Source: an uncultured Methanosarcinaceae archaeon | GTDB taxonomy: Archaea; Halobacteriota; Methanosarcinia; Methanosarcinales; Methanosarcinaceae | DNA length: 64,000 nt | Assembly (NCBI GenBank): GCA_963833425.1 | Contig: CAWHXP010000012.1 | Location: 1 to 64,000, forward strand | Reading direction: 5' to 3' | Shown here: positions 1-11,460 of the stretch, piece by piece | How the letters are laid out: every line of letters begins with the position of its first letter | Numbering within the stretch: the first letter of the stretch is position 1 | Made by a program: the position numbers and the translations under genes | Notes under the pieces: generated by a model | What the model was told of the DNA's origin: nothing | What the model saw: the letters and a program-made list of their open reading frames with translations, nothing else | Database searches by the model: none

Positions 1-600
1 GATGAGCCGGTTGGCAAGTACCAGTATCTGGGCGTTCTCAATGGAACGGCAAGCCGGATGGTGACCGGTGTTATGACGTGGCCGCTGTAATTGTCTCGCT
101 GACGACCGTCGTGCGGCCTCTTGCCGGTCGAATCCCGCCGCAGTCGGCTGGTGGAAAAGGGCGTTCTGCCGTCATTCGATGCGATCAGCCGGCGCGAACT
201 GAAGTCGCGGGGCCTGCCGCCGGTGACTGTGTCGGTCGCCCATGGCGATGGGTACGATGATTGGGCCACGGCGCGGACTGCGAGCTTGGCTGGCGGAGCG
301 GCCCGACGCCTCCCTGGTCGTCCTCTGCGGCGATTTTGGAAGCGCCACCTCCGATACGTGCTGGATGCGGTGCTCGATCGGTCCCAGGCCGCCCGCGTGC
401 GAATCCGGCCATTGCCCGACCGGCGATTGGACGAAACGAATTGGTGGACGAGCCGCGATGGGATCAAGGCGTTTGGCTACGGATGGCTCCGGCAGCTCCA
501 GGGTTGGTGTGCGGGCGGAGATCACCTGCCGCCGCCCTCCTGTAGCGTAGACGAGTATGAGAACCGTGTCCGACAATCTCTGGGAAAAGCGACGCCATGA
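1..600 (+). CDS. YdcF/DUF218-like protein, 5'-partial, frameshifted
   Basis: Joined frames read 'YLGVLNG...SRRELKSRGLP...GYDDWATAR / LRAWLAERPDASLVVLC / LRYVLDAVL...ETNWWTSRDGIKAF'. This parallels the downstream YdcF paralogue segment by segment. Confidence 0.5.
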
Positions 601-1414
601 GCCTCCCACGCCGATCTCTTATCGCCGCAGCGCGCTGGCAATCATCTTGACGCTGTTGTGGGCGACACACCCGCATCTGCTGCGGGCGATGGCAAGATGG
701 CTGGACGTGGGCGGCGTCCGCGGCCGGCCCAGTACGTGATGGTGCTCAACGGTGACGAGGAGACGCGGGCGCTGATGGCCGGCGTCCTGGTCAACGCAGG
801 GTTTGCCGGCGGTGTGCTCGTGACGGAGGTCGCCATCACGCCGCAGGAAACCGAGTTGGCGCTGCCGCCGACCCACGAGATCACCCGCCAAGTGCTGGTC
901 AAACGCGGCATCCCGTCCGACGAAATCACGATCCTTCCGGCCGCGGCGACGACGACCTTTGACGAGGCGCAAGCCCTGGGCGTCTTTCTCAAAGATCGGC
1001 CCAAGGCTTCGGTGCTGGTCGTCACCAGCGACTACCACACGCGACGCAGCCGATGGGTATTTGCCAAAGTGCTGGGTCCACGGGCGCGCGCAAGTCACCT
1101 TTGTTTCCGCCCCCGGCGACGACTTCCGAAGAGACTGCTGGTGGCAGGATGAAGCGGGACTGGTGGCCATGGTCAGCGAATACCTCAAATTGGCCTTCTA
1201 CATCGTCTACTATGGCTATCTGGGCTATTGGCTGGCGGCGTGCGGTGGGTTGCTGTTAATAGCGAGATGCGCTCGGCTTCGCCTGGGGCGGGCCTCGGAA
1301 CGGCCTGCTCCCAATTCCCAACGCCCGCGGACGGCGCGGTACGCAAGAGCCTCTCTGCGACACCGTCCGTCTGACAGGTTACGGCTGAATACGCCATTCC
1401 AACGCGACGGATAG
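597..1414 (+). CDS. YdcF/DUF218 (ElyC/SanA-like) family membrane protein, frameshifted
   Basis: N-terminal TM (AAALAIILTLLW), 'YVMVLNG', 'TTTFDEAQAL', 'VLVVTSDYHTRRS' and 'WWQDEAG...SEYLKLAFY', spread over ORFs 557-739, 658-1152 and 959-1414. Confidence 0.8.
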
Positions 1415-1750
1415 TAGCCAGGGTTGGCCACCCAGCCGGGCGAGTAGTCGTTGTTGAACGGATCGCTGCTGGCGCGCGGCCGGCTGTTCGAGAGTCCAAA
1501 CCACTTCATGGATTCGATCCGCCGCTGCCGTTGTTGGGCGCGAAGATCGGCCTGGGCGCGGACGGCCATCTGCGGATCTTTGTACTGCCGCAACGCCTGA
1601 TCGTAGAACCACATTTCCGGCGTGGCCTTTAGTTCGCCGGGCGAGACGGTGGTGCCCAGCCCCAAACCGGTGGTCGAACGGTTTTTCGGCCGCGCAGAGG
1701 CGGCGCCAACAGCAACAAAACAGGGCCGAACAGATAACTGGCCGCTTCAT
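1379..1750 (-). CDS. Secreted hypothetical protein, frameshifted; 3' end approximate
   Basis: RBS-like GGGGG before ATG 1750 and a signal-peptide-like start. Continues in the frame of ORF 1225-1665 ('ATPEMWFYDQALRQYKDP...RRIESMKWFGLSNSRP'). Confidence 0.5.
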   Translation of the reverse strand: MKRPVICSALFCCCWRRLCAAEKPFDHRFGAGHHRLARRTKGHAGNVVLRSGVAAVQRSADGRPRPGRSSRPTTAAADRIHEVVWTLEQPAARQQRSVQQRLLARLGGQPWLLSVALEWRIQP

Positions 1751-1938
1751 AGATCCCCCCTTGTGTCAACGGCGTGACTCATCGCCGACACCGCTATTAC
1801 ACCTTTCGGCCTGTAACGTTAGACGGGTTTAGGCAAACCCTGCCGATTAGCAGGCACACGTTCGTGTGCCGACTGCTGTCTGCCTGGATCGGCGGCAGAT
1901 AAGGCAGCACGGGATCGCCGCCTGTCTCTCTACAAGGC

Positions 1939-2571
1939 TTACGCCACCGGGCCATGCGGGATATTCGGATAGGCTCGAAAGGTGGCCGGATCTCCTTGCA
2001 CAACAAGGACATACAGCATCCCACCCTCCTGCCACGACGAGGCACAACACCCGGCGGTCGTGTAAGGGTGCAACGCTGGGGCCGTGCCAAACCCATCGAG
2101 TCCCTCAGCGTCTACCACATAGAGCGAGGCAGTCGTTCCGGCCGGCCCTGGCAGGTCGTAGACCACGCCGCGACGGCCCAAAAAGGCTTCCAGCGGCCGC
2201 CACCTCGTCCCCCGAAGCTGCAACACGGCCGTGCTGAAAGGGTAGCCGGCCGGGGCGGGCTTTTCGGCCAGCAGGGGCCCCGGCTCGTCCACGCCCACGT
2301 CGAACGACCGGATTGCCTCGTCGAGCACGAACGATTCCGAGATGCCTTCGCCCCTAGGCATGCCGAGCCAGACGGCAATCAGCAGCACTGCAGCCGTAGC
2401 CGCCAGAGACAAAGTGGGAACGAACCGTGAAGAACGACGAACTGGCACTGTCCTCGTGCTTCGTCCCGAATTCTTCGTTTTAAGGCGTTCCAAGAGCCTA
2501 TCGGCGAGCCCCTCGGGAACCGGTACGTCATGGAGCGCGGCAGTGAGTTTTTCGTCGAAGTTGTCTTTCAT
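1939..2571 (-). CDS. Putative membrane-anchored anti-sigma factor
   Basis: Starts 'MKDNFDEKLTAALHDVPVPEGLADRLL', has a single TM (LAATAAVLLIAVWL), and lies directly after the ECF sigma gene. Confidence 0.7.
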   Translation of the reverse strand: MKDNFDEKLTAALHDVPVPEGLADRLLERLKTKNSGRSTRTVPVRRSSRFVPTLSLAATAAVLLIAVWLGMPRGEGISESFVLDEAIRSFDVGVDEPGPLLAEKPAPAGYPFSTAVLQLRGTRWRPLEAFLGRRGVVYDLPGPAGTTASLYVVDAEGLDGFGTAPALHPYTTAGCCASSWQEGGMLYVLVVQGDPATFRAYPNIPHGPVA

Positions 2572-2576
2572 TGCTC

Positions 2577-3119
2577 TTATTTGCGCTGAGCCGGCACACG
2601 GACCGCCCGCCTTCGCCGCCCATGTTCGGGCTCGAACAATATCGCACGCAAATAATCCTTCGCCCGCGCCAGCCGGCTCATCACGGTGCCGATCGGCATC
2701 TCCAGCCGTTGGGCGATTTCCCGGTACGAACATTGTTCGAAGTAAAACATCACCAACACCAGGCGCGAGGCCTCGGGCAGTCGGTCTAGCGCGTCCTGGA
2801 GCCGGTCTCGGTCGACGCCCTCCTTGGCAGGGGAAGATGGAACCGATTCCATGTTCAACGGCAAATCGGCCGCCAACTCCGGCCGGCGCCGCTGGCGGTC
2901 CTTGAGAAAACAGTTCCGCAAGACGGCAAACAGCCAAGCCCTTGCATTCCCCACATTTCGCAATTGCCCTATCTTTCCCAGTGCCACCAAGAATACCTGT
3001 TGCGTCAGGTCTTCGGCATCCTGGACCGAGCCAGTCAGACGGTAGGCGTATCGGTACGCCGCCTGATGGTGTTCGGCGACCAGTTGGGCAACCTGGGGTA
3101 CAGATCCGGCGTCGGCCAT
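2577..3119 (-). CDS. ECF-type RNA polymerase sigma factor
   Basis: Region 2 'YRYAYRLTGSVQDAEDLTQQVF...AWLFAVLRN' and region 4 'LPEASRLVLVMFYFEQCSYREIAQRLEMPIGTVMSRLARA'. Confidence 0.95.
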   Translation of the reverse strand: MADAGSVPQVAQLVAEHHQAAYRYAYRLTGSVQDAEDLTQQVFLVALGKIGQLRNVGNARAWLFAVLRNCFLKDRQRRRPELAADLPLNMESVPSSPAKEGVDRDRLQDALDRLPEASRLVLVMFYFEQCSYREIAQRLEMPIGTVMSRLARAKDYLRAILFEPEHGRRRRAVRVPAQRK

Positions 3120-3325
3120 GCTCGGCCTTCCTGTAAGAGGCAACGAATGGCGGAGTTATTCCCTCGGGGGGTGGAAAAAAATCCGCCCTCAGCCCGCTGG
3201 ATTCTTACTCCATTGTACTTTATGTGGAATAATTGCCCAGTGGTCGGTATCTAACTGGACAGCAGGCAGGATGATTCCTCGCTGCGTATACGCGATCAAC
3301 CTAAGGCTTTAGAAAAGGTGAACCC

Positions 3326-3538
3326 ATGAAAAACCTTGTGGCTTTCGTAGTGATTTTGAGTCTGGGACTGTTTTGTGCGGTCGGCTGCAACAAGCCTGCT
3401 CCAAAGGCCCCACCGACGCCGCCGCGCCGAGGAAGCCAACCGAAGGCCGAGCCTCCGAAGGCAAGAGCCGAAAGCCGAAACCCCGAAGGCTGAGCCGAAG
3501 GCGGAGACGCCCAAGCCCGAAGAGAAGAGAAGAAGTAG
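3326..3538 (+). CDS. Small Pro/Lys/Glu-rich lipoprotein, frameshifted; absent from the ORF track
   Basis: AAGGTG RBS-like site, 'MKNLVAFVVILSLGLFCAVGC' lipobox, then PKAE/TPKAE repeats; stop followed by a hairpin. Confidence 0.6.
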
Positions 3539-3640
3539 GGCTCGCTCCTTTTCGAGACGAGCCCTCGCGAGGCGGCCCGAGCCGGCGCCGTGGACTGAAT
3601 CCAATAAGGGGAAGGGTTACCCATGGGTCCCTTCCCCTTC
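3538..3640. terminator. Two GC-rich hairpins
   Basis: GGGCTCG...CGAGCCC at ~3538-3564 and AAGGGGAAGGG...CCCTTCCCCTT at ~3606-3639. Confidence 0.45.
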
Positions 3641-3732
3641 GCGTTTTCTTGGGCCGGAACATTACTCTTTGGTGCAGAAATCGAATCGCTTGCACTTCGA
3701 GGCCCCGTGGCGGACAATAAGCTAGACTTGCA

Positions 3733-6159
3733 GTGAATATTCGCCAGAACTGCCACATGCCACACATTGGCCACAGACGTTTCTCCTTTGGTTGGCCTCT
3801 CCTGCTGATTGCTGCGGTCTGGAGCGGATCAGCGTGGCCGGCTTGGGGCACCGAAGTATTGCTGAAAGACGGCCGCGTGCTGCGGGGCAAGCTGGGCAAG
3901 GTCGCCGGGCTGGCCGAATCGCCGCAGGCTTCTGGGCCCGATGGCGGCCCGCTGCAACTGATTATCTTCCTTGACGACGACCTGCGACGGACCTTCTTTT
4001 CCGAGCGACTGGTTCGGGAGATTCAGCAGGAGGCCAACCGGCAGCTCGACGAGAAGTTCGCCATCCGGCAGTCGGTGGTGCGGTCCGGCCAGGCGATCAA
4101 GAGCGTCGGTCCGGCGTATGAGATCCAGCCGTTCGACGATTTCGGCCGCCGCATCTACACGATGCTTACCGCCAAGGGGCCCGTGGACGTCATCCAAGGC
4201 ATCACCGAGTTGACGCCCCGATGGACGAAGGTCGAAGGGAAGGCCCATGTCTGGGACATGCGGATCGCAACCAGTTCTATTCCTCGCGATACGCTGCAAC
4301 GAATCCTCCTGAAGCAGATTAATCCGAAGGAGATCGAGGACTATAAGAAGGTGGCCCGATTCTACTTGCAGGCCGAACGTTATGAGGAGGCGCGGCAGAC
4401 CCTCGAAAAGCTGCCCGCGGCGTTTCCCGATCAGCCTGACTTGAAGCAGCAGTTGGCGCCGTCGCTGCGTGCGATCGGACAACTCTCGGCTGAGCGGCTG
4501 CTGTCGGAGATGAAGTTGCGGCGCGATGCCGGTCAGCACCGGTTGGTGGCCGACGGGCTGAAGCATTTTCCAGCGGATGGCGTTGGCGGCGAGATCCTCC
4601 AGGGCGTCCGCGAGATGGTCCCGCAGTACGACATTCGCGAGGCCCGCCGCCAGAACGTCATCAAGGAACTCAAGGCGTTGGCTGCCCGCATTCCCGACAC
4701 GATCGCCCGAGAGAATCTCAAGCCGATTCTCGATGAGATTGCCGCAGAGATTGGTCCCAACACGCTGGACCGCATGGCGGCCTTCTTGCAGAATGCCGAC
4801 GATCAAGAAACGCCCGATACGGAGAAGCTCGCGCTGGCTGTCAGCGGCTGGCTTTTGGGGGCCGATTCGGCCACGGACAAGCTGGCCAGGGCGATTTTGG
4901 CCTACAGAGTCCGCGGGCTGGTACGCGATTACCTCAACGCGACGACCGGCCCTGATCGCCAGCGCACGTACGGCTACATTAAAGTGGAGTCGGGCGGAGA
5001 CTTAGGAATTGTAGCCGAAGTTGCTGGCCCACATGAAACCGCCGGTCAACCCGCCGGAGGGCATGGCCGACAAGCCGGGTTACTTTGAGCTCGAAGTGCC
5101 GGGAGTGGCCAAGGGGCCACCAGTGACCTACTGCGTTCAACTTCCCCCGGAATACGATCCCCACCATCTGTATCCGGCGATCGTCACCCTCAACGGCGAG
5201 GGGACCACCGCCGGGCAACAGATCGACTGGTGGGCCGGACCGCGCGGCAAAACGGGGCTCGCCTCGGTCAGGCATCGCGTTACGGATACATCGTGATTGC
5301 GCCCGTATGGACGGAGGAACACCAAAAATACTTCGGCTATTCGGCCCATGAACACGCCGCCGTGCTGAACTCGCTCCGCGATGCCTGCCGGCGGTTCTCC
5401 ATCGACACCGATCGCGTCTTTCTGTCGGGTCATTCCATGGGTGGCGACGCGGCGTGGGACATTGGGCTGGCCCATCCCGATCTGTGGGCGGGAGTGATTC
5501 CGATCGTGGCCCAATCGGACCGCTACTGCATCCGCTATTGGGAAAACGCCCGCTACGTGCCGTTCTACGTGGTGGCAGGCGAGTTGGACGGCAATAAGAT
5601 GATCAAGAACGCCAAGGAAGGGGGGCTGGATCGCTATCTCAAATACGGCTTTGATGCCACCGTGGTCGAATACGAGGGCCGGGGGCACGACGATTTCTAC
5701 GACGAGATCCTGCAAGTATTCGACTGGATGGGCCACTTTCGCCGCAACCCCTTTCCACGCGAGTTCGCCTGCGAAACGATGCGTCCCTGGGACAATTCCT
5801 TCTGGTGGCTCGAGGTTCAAGGGCTGCCGCCGCGGGCGATGGTTGATCCGGCCGACTGGCCGCCGCCGGCTGGTGCGCAGCCGGTGCAAGTGAAAGCCTC
5901 GATCAACACTAAGAACGGGATCAACGTCCGCACCGGTACCAGCCAGGTGACTGTCTGGCTCTCGCCGAAGATGGTCGATTTCAAGCAACGGGCAACGATC
6001 ACCGCAAACGGCCGGCGGCTGAACAACGCCGATCAGGTGATTCGGCCCGACTTGCACATATTACTTGAGGACGTTCGAACTCGCGGCGACCGTCAGCACC
6101 CATTCTGGGCCCGCGTCGATGGCGCCACAGGAAGGAAACCGGTTGGCGAGGAAAAGTGA
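3733..6159 (+). CDS. Large secreted alpha/beta-hydrolase (esterase/peptidase-like), split by frameshifts at ~5020 and ~5250
   Basis: Signal peptide and helical N-terminal part, then 'YCVQLPPEYDP', nucleophile elbow 'LSGHSMGG', 'GELD' and 'GRGH'. Confidence 0.8.
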
Positions 6160-6196
6160 GGGTGTCGCAGAGCTTTTGATACAGCCCCTTGGGGGG

Positions 6197-6224
6197 TTGA
6201 CTTGCATTCGGGCGGTGGTACGCT
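6197..6224 (+). promoter_or_regulatory. Putative sigma70 promoter
   Basis: TTGACT-16 nt-TACGCT with a TG extension, upstream of the Zn-ribbon gene. Confidence 0.35.
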
Positions 6225-6295
6225 GAGGGTGTGTGGTCCTCTTCTCGGTAGAACGGCGCAGCGAGCGGGGCGTTTGGTTGAAAGGCCTGTCCTTT

Positions 6296-6631
6296 ATGGC
6301 CGGTCCTATCAAATGTCCGAAAGGGCACTGGTATCAGCCGGATCCGTCTGGCAAGGCGGCACCGTGTCCACGGTGTCAAGCGGCGTCGAAGCCGCAGGAC
6401 GCCAAGGCCGTGTCAGAAGACGACGTCATGGCCTTTCTTAACGATTCCAGCAACGCCGATCCCACCAAACCGCCCTGTGACCCCTCGGGGTCGGAGCAAA
6501 AGCCGCATAAGAGCACACTGAAGCGGAATAAGAAGATATGCCGCCAGTGCCACAGCGAGACGTCGTTCGCTTTCGAGTATTGCCCTCGCTGCGGCGGCCC
6601 GCTGGAGATCGCGATGCTCGACGTCTCCTGA
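6296..6631 (+). CDS. Double zinc-ribbon protein
   Basis: 'CPKGHWY...CPRC' at the N-terminus and 'CRQC...CPRCG' at the C-terminus. Confidence 0.7.
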   Translation: MAGPIKCPKGHWYQPDPSGKAAPCPRCQAASKPQDAKAVSEDDVMAFLNDSSNADPTKPPCDPSGSEQKPHKSTLKRNKKICRQCHSETSFAFEYCPRCGGPLEIAMLDVS

Positions 6632-6711
6632 TCCAGGCTCAGTCTCCCAGCGAGTGCTCATTGTTGCCCACCTTTTCGGCCGTGAAGTCGCCGAGGCCAA
6701 CAGGCGAGAGG

Positions 6712-7194
6712 TCAGGACGACCGCAGGTTAACCTGGCGTGCGACTGGCCGTCCGTCCGCGTCTACGTCGACCAGGCGCGACCATACTGCCAGCCCGACCA
6801 TGCTCGCGTAAAAAAGCATCGCAAAGGCTTGATCGATCGCCGCGAACACCCAGTGCAACGGGTACAGAATCGACAGCCCGCCGATCACGGCGGGAACCGC
6901 CAGCAGCAGTAGCGACATCGAGCAGTACAACCACAGCCGCCCCGGCAGCCAGAAGGCACGGATGATCAATGCCACCACGGTGGCAAACACGATCAGCACC
7001 AACAGGCGATGGGACCACTCCCAGAAGACCAGCGGGGTCATTTGGGGGACCAGCCGACCGAAAGCCAGCGGCCAGTCCGGTATCGACGTGCTGGCCCCGG
7101 TGACCCGCACGATCTTGCCGAAAACGATGACAAAGAACGTGCCCACAGCGGCAATGGTGGAAAGCACCCTACGGATCGCATGAACTCCTCGCAT
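6712..7194 (-). CDS. COX15/CtaA (heme A synthase)-like half-size membrane protein
   Basis: 'VRVTGAS...PDWPL..G...FWEWSHRL' motif and four TM segments. Confidence 0.7.
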   Translation of the reverse strand: MRGVHAIRRVLSTIAAVGTFFVIVFGKIVRVTGASTSIPDWPLAFGRLVPQMTPLVFWEWSHRLLVLIVFATVVALIIRAFWLPGRLWLYCSMSLLLLAVPAVIGGLSILYPLHWVFAAIDQAFAMLFYASMVGLAVWSRLVDVDADGRPVARQVNLRSS

Positions 7195-7302
7195 TCGTAA
7201 TGGGGGTGGTCAGGGCGGACGCCGAGCCGATATTCGACCGTTTGGGTATGTTAACGAACCGGCACGCGGCGGTCTAGCTGGCGAGCCACTACTTCAGGTG
7301 GA

Positions 7303-7331
7303 TTGTGAGAGCGGGCGGCTCGCCGTACAAT
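7303..7331 (+). promoter_or_regulatory. Putative sigma70 promoter, possibly for a leaderless purF transcript
   Basis: TTGTGA-17 nt-TACAAT, ending 7 nt before ATG 7339; no Shine-Dalgarno seen. Confidence 0.45.
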
Positions 7332-7338
7332 GCTTGGT

Positions 7339-8175
7339 ATGAGTGACCTTCACGAGGAATGCGGTGTGGCTGCCGTCTATCACCTGCCGGGACGGGGGGT
7401 AAGCCCTCTATGTTCCGAGCAGGGCCCCGAGGATATCTCTCGGCTAGTGCCGCGCATGCTTCTGGACATCCAGAACCGCGGCCAACTGGCGGCCGGCATG
7501 ACCACTTATAATCCCCATCGGCACCAGCTTATTGACACCCACAAAGAGGTGGGGAACGTGAGCGAGGTGTTCCGGCTCAACCATCGCGGCAAGTACGAGA
7601 GCCTGATGGAGGAATATGCGGGCCGGGCGGCGATCGGCCACGTGCGCGACGCCACCTGCGGCCAGGACGACCGCAGCTATGCCCAGCCGTTCGAACGCCA
7701 CCACATCAAGAAGCACAAGTGGTTCAGTTTCGCGTTCAATGGTCAATTGGCCAACTACATGGACCTCCGCGAGGAATTGCTCGACGACCACGATAACTAC
7801 CTCGCTCGCGAGTCGGATACCGAAGTGCTCATGCACCAGATTTGCGGGCGCTGTCGACGGAGCGGCGGCCGTCGTTGCTGGACGTTTGCCGTCACTTTGC
7901 CCGCAAGTTTGACGGCGCTTACAGTCTCGTGTTCCTCGATGCCTTGGGGAACATGATGGTGGCCCGTGACCCGCTGGGCATCAAGCCGCTGAGCTACGCG
8001 GTGGAGGGGCCGTTGTTCGCCGCAGCCAGCGAGAGCGTGGCGCTGTTGAACATCGGGTTTGCGGCCGAGAGCATCAGTCGGTTCCGCCGGGCCATGCGGT
8101 AATGATCAGCGACGGCAAGTTGGATATCCAGCCCTTCGCCGGGCGGAGTTCCCGCTTCGCCCATTGCTTCTTCGA
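7339..8175 (+). CDS. purF: Amidophosphoribosyltransferase, N-terminal glutaminase domain only; truncated at the junction and frameshifted
   Basis: 'HEECGV', 'QNRGQ', 'AAIGHVR', 'AFNGQL', 'SDTEV', 'GAYS', '[10 protein letters not shown]', 'ASESVAL'. Ends at 'HCFF' where 'E..YF' would be expected. Confidence 0.92.
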
Positions 8176-9460
8176 CGCCCCCGATCACCGGGCGCTCTTC
8201 TGCACGACGAACGAGGAGCCGGCCGACAAGGTGTACGCGGCCGTCCGGATCGCCCGCTTTCCCTGGCCGTTCGACGCCGCGCGGCGCGAAGTGCTCACGG
8301 CATCCCTCGACCGCTCGGTCGGCCGCTTCGCCCTGCCCGCCGGCAGCGGCCGCGTCTGGTTCACGGCCGAGGACGCGGGGCGCGAGAAGCTCTACTCGGC
8401 TGCCCTCGCCGGCGGCGACCTCCGCGAGGAGAAGCTCCGGGACGCCGGATCTTTCACCGGCCTGGCGGCGGGCGGGCGCACGCTGCTGGCGGACTGGGAG
8501 TCGGCCACCCATCCGCCGGAGGTGTATGCGATCGGCCCGGACGGCGCGGCGCCGCGGCCCCTGACCGGCTTCAACGACGAGAAGGTGGCCGCGCTCGATC
8601 TCGCGCCGGTCGAGCATTTCTGGTTTGAGAGCAGCGGCGGCAGGCGCATCCACAGCCTGTTCGTGCGGCCGCCCGCCTTCGACCCGGCGAGGAAGTATCC
8701 GCTCCTGGTGCTGATCCACGGCGGCGCCGCCAGCATGTGGCGCGACGCCTGGGTCACGCGGTGGAACTACCACCTGCTGGCCGCGCCCGGCTACGGCATC
8801 CTGCTGACGGATTACACGGGCTCGACCGGTTACGGGGAGAAGTTCGCCCAGGACATCCAGTTCGACCCGCTGCGGGGTCCGGCCCGGGAGATCAACGAGG
8901 CGGCCGACGCGGCGCTGCGGCGGTACGCCTTTCTCGACCCGGCGCGCCAGGCGGCGGCCGGCGCGAGCTACGGCGGCCACCTGGCGAATTGGCTGGAGGC
9001 GACGACCACGCGGTACCGGTGCATCATCTCGCATGCCGGCGAGGCCGACCTGGTGATGCAATGGGGCACGAGCGACGGGATCTACGGCCGCGAGGTGAGC
9101 AGCGGCGGCCCGATCTGGGGCGACAGCAAGGTGTGGCGCGAGCAGAGCCCGGTGATGCAGGGCGCGAACCGCGGGAAGGGCACCGGGTTCGTCACGCCGC
9201 TGCTCCTCACGGTGGGCGAGGAGGATTTCCGCGTGCCCATGAACAACGCGATCATGTTCTTCGCCGTCCAGCAGCGCCTCCAGGTGCCGACCCGGCTGAT
9301 CGTGTTTCCCGAGGAGAACCACTGGATCACGAAAGGCGAGGACAGCCGCTATTGGTACCGCGAGGTCCAGGCTTGGCTGGCGCGATGGATGCCGCCGCCG
9401 GGAGCGGCCCCCCGGGGCGTTCCCGACGCTCGACCGGGAGATCCGGCCGTGGCACAATGA
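8175..9460 (+). CDS. S9 (prolyl oligopeptidase / acylaminoacyl peptidase) family peptidase, 5'-truncated
   Basis: 'YPLLVLIHGG', 'GSTGYGEKF', catalytic 'GASYGG', 'GEEDFRV' and 'FPEENHWI'. Confidence 0.92.
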
Positions 9461-9517
9461 CTTTCAGCCGCCGGCTCCCGTCGCGCCGGCGGACCGGTTC
9501 CGCCCAGTCCATCCCCG

Positions 9518-10892
9518 ATGAAATTCCCCCTCCTGCCGCTTGTCCCGCTCCTCAGCGCTCTCGTCATGATCTGCTGGCCCGCCTGGCGTCCGCCGTCGCG
9601 GCGGCGGCCGATCGAGATCGACCGCGCGATCGCGCGAGAGTACCCGTCCTTGGACAGGTTCTACAGGGACCTCCATTCCCATCCGGAGCTGTCGCTCATG
9701 GAGGAGCAGACGTCGGCGAAGGTCGCGGCCGAGCTGCGCGCGGCGGGATTCGCCGTGACGGAGCGGTTCGGCGGCTTTGGCATCGTCGGCGTCCTGGCCA
9801 ACGGGCCGGGACCGACCGTCCTCGTGCGGAGCGACATGGACGCCCTTCCCGGTCGAGGAACAGACCGGGCCTGTCCGTACGCGAGCACCGTCAGGACCAA
9901 GAATCTCGCCGGCCAGACCGTGGGCGTCATGCACGCGTGCGGGCACGACATCCACATGACGGTCATTCGTCGGGACGGCGCGGCTCCTGGCCGAAGCAGA
10001 GGGACCGCTGGAGCGGCACCCTGGTCATGATCGGCCAGCCGGCGGAGGAGATGGGGGTCGGCGCCCGGGCGATGCTGCGGGAGGGCCTGTTCCGGCGCTT
10101 TCCCAAGCCGGACTATGCGCCGTCGCGCTCCACGACAGCGCGAGCCTGCCGGCCGGGACGGTCGGACTGGTCGAGGGCTATGCCATGGCGAATGTCGACA
10201 CGGTGACGATCAAGGTCCACGGCGTCGGCGGACACGGGGCGTATCCGCACCTGACCAAGGATCCGATCGTGCTCGCGGCCCGCATCATCCTCGCCCTCCA
10301 GACGATCGTCAGCCGGGAAACGAGCCCGATCGATCCCGCGGTCGTGACCGTGGGCTCGATCCACGGCGGCACCCGGCCGAACATCATTCCGGACGTCGTG
10401 GAGCTCCAGCTTACGCTGCGCAGCTACTCCGACGATGTCCGCGCCCACACGATCGAGGCCATCCGCCGGATCTGCCGGGGCGAGGCGATCGCCGCCGGGC
10501 TCCCGGACGACCTGCATGCCCGAGGTCAAGGTCCTCGAGGACCAATACACGCCGGCGACCTACAACGACCCGGCCCTCACCCGCCGGGTGCGGCAGGCGC
10601 TCACCGCGCGGTTTGGCGCCGCGCGGGTGCAGGACGATCGATCCGGAGATGGGCGGCGAGGACTTCAGCGAGTACGGCCGCACCGTCGAGCATGTCCCCC
10701 TGTGCATGTTCCGGATCGGCGCCGTCGCGCCCGGAAAAATGGGCGGAGAGCCAGCGGACGGGAGTGGCGCTGCCGGCGCTGCATTCAAGCCGGTTCGCGC
10801 CCGTGCCCGAGCCGACGATCAAGACCGGCGTCGCCGCCATGTCGGCCGTGGTCCTGGACCTCATGCAGCGGAACCACCCCGCCGGGCCGTGA
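9518..10892 (+). CDS. M20D amidohydrolase, several frameshifts
   Basis: 'DLHSHPELS', 'RSDMDALP', 'MHACGHD', 'QPAEE', 'GGHGAYPH', 'MGGEDF' and 'LHSS'. Confidence 0.9.
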
Positions 10893-10959
10893 TCGGCCCG
10901 GATGGGAGCGGCCCGGCTTGCCCTTGCATCGCGGACGGAAGACGCGTAATCCCCCGCGC

Positions 10960-11460
10960 ATGAAGAGATCCGGCTTTCTTCAGGGCGTGATCGTGATGGC
11001 GGCTGCGATGATGGCGCCCGCGCTCTTGCGCGTCGCTCCGGCGGCGGAGCCGGCGGCTTTTCCCTACGCGGAAGCGACCATCGACCAGCTGCAGCGAGAC
11101 ATGGCCGCGGGAACGCTCACTTCACTGGAGCTGACCGAGGCGTACTTGCGGCGGATCGCCGGCATCGACCGGGCGGGCCCCGCGATCCACTCCGTCATCG
11201 AGCTGAATCCTGATGCGCTTGCGATTGCCGCCTGGTGCGACGCCGAGCGCCGGGCCGGGCGGGTGCGCGGGCCCCTGCACGGCATCCCGATCCTGCTCAA
11301 GGACAATCTCGACACGGCTGACCGGATGTCGACGACCGCCGGGTCGCTGGCGCTCGTCGGCGCCCGGCCCCAGCGGGACTCGGCGGTGGTTGCGCGCCTG
11401 CGGTCGGCGGGGGCGGTGATCCTGGGCAAGACCAACCTGGCGGAGTGGGCGGGCTTCCGC
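10960..11460 (+). CDS. Amidase-signature family protein, 3'-truncated at the junction
   Basis: 'RGPLHGIPILLKDN', 'TTAGSLAL', 'LRSAGAVILGKTNLAEWA'. The GGSSSG and catalytic Ser region is missing. Confidence 0.9.

Noticed and set aside
8102..9460. 452-aa ORF as a natural PurF-peptidase fusion
   Set aside because: The first ~24 aa are PurF and the rest is S9 peptidase; the join coincides with a composition shift, so it is a junction artefact.
3829..10206. Long alternative-frame ORFs (3829-4806, 5137-6057, 7994-9457, 8737-10206)
   Set aside because: These are shadow ORFs of high-GC genes; the real frames carry the family motifs.
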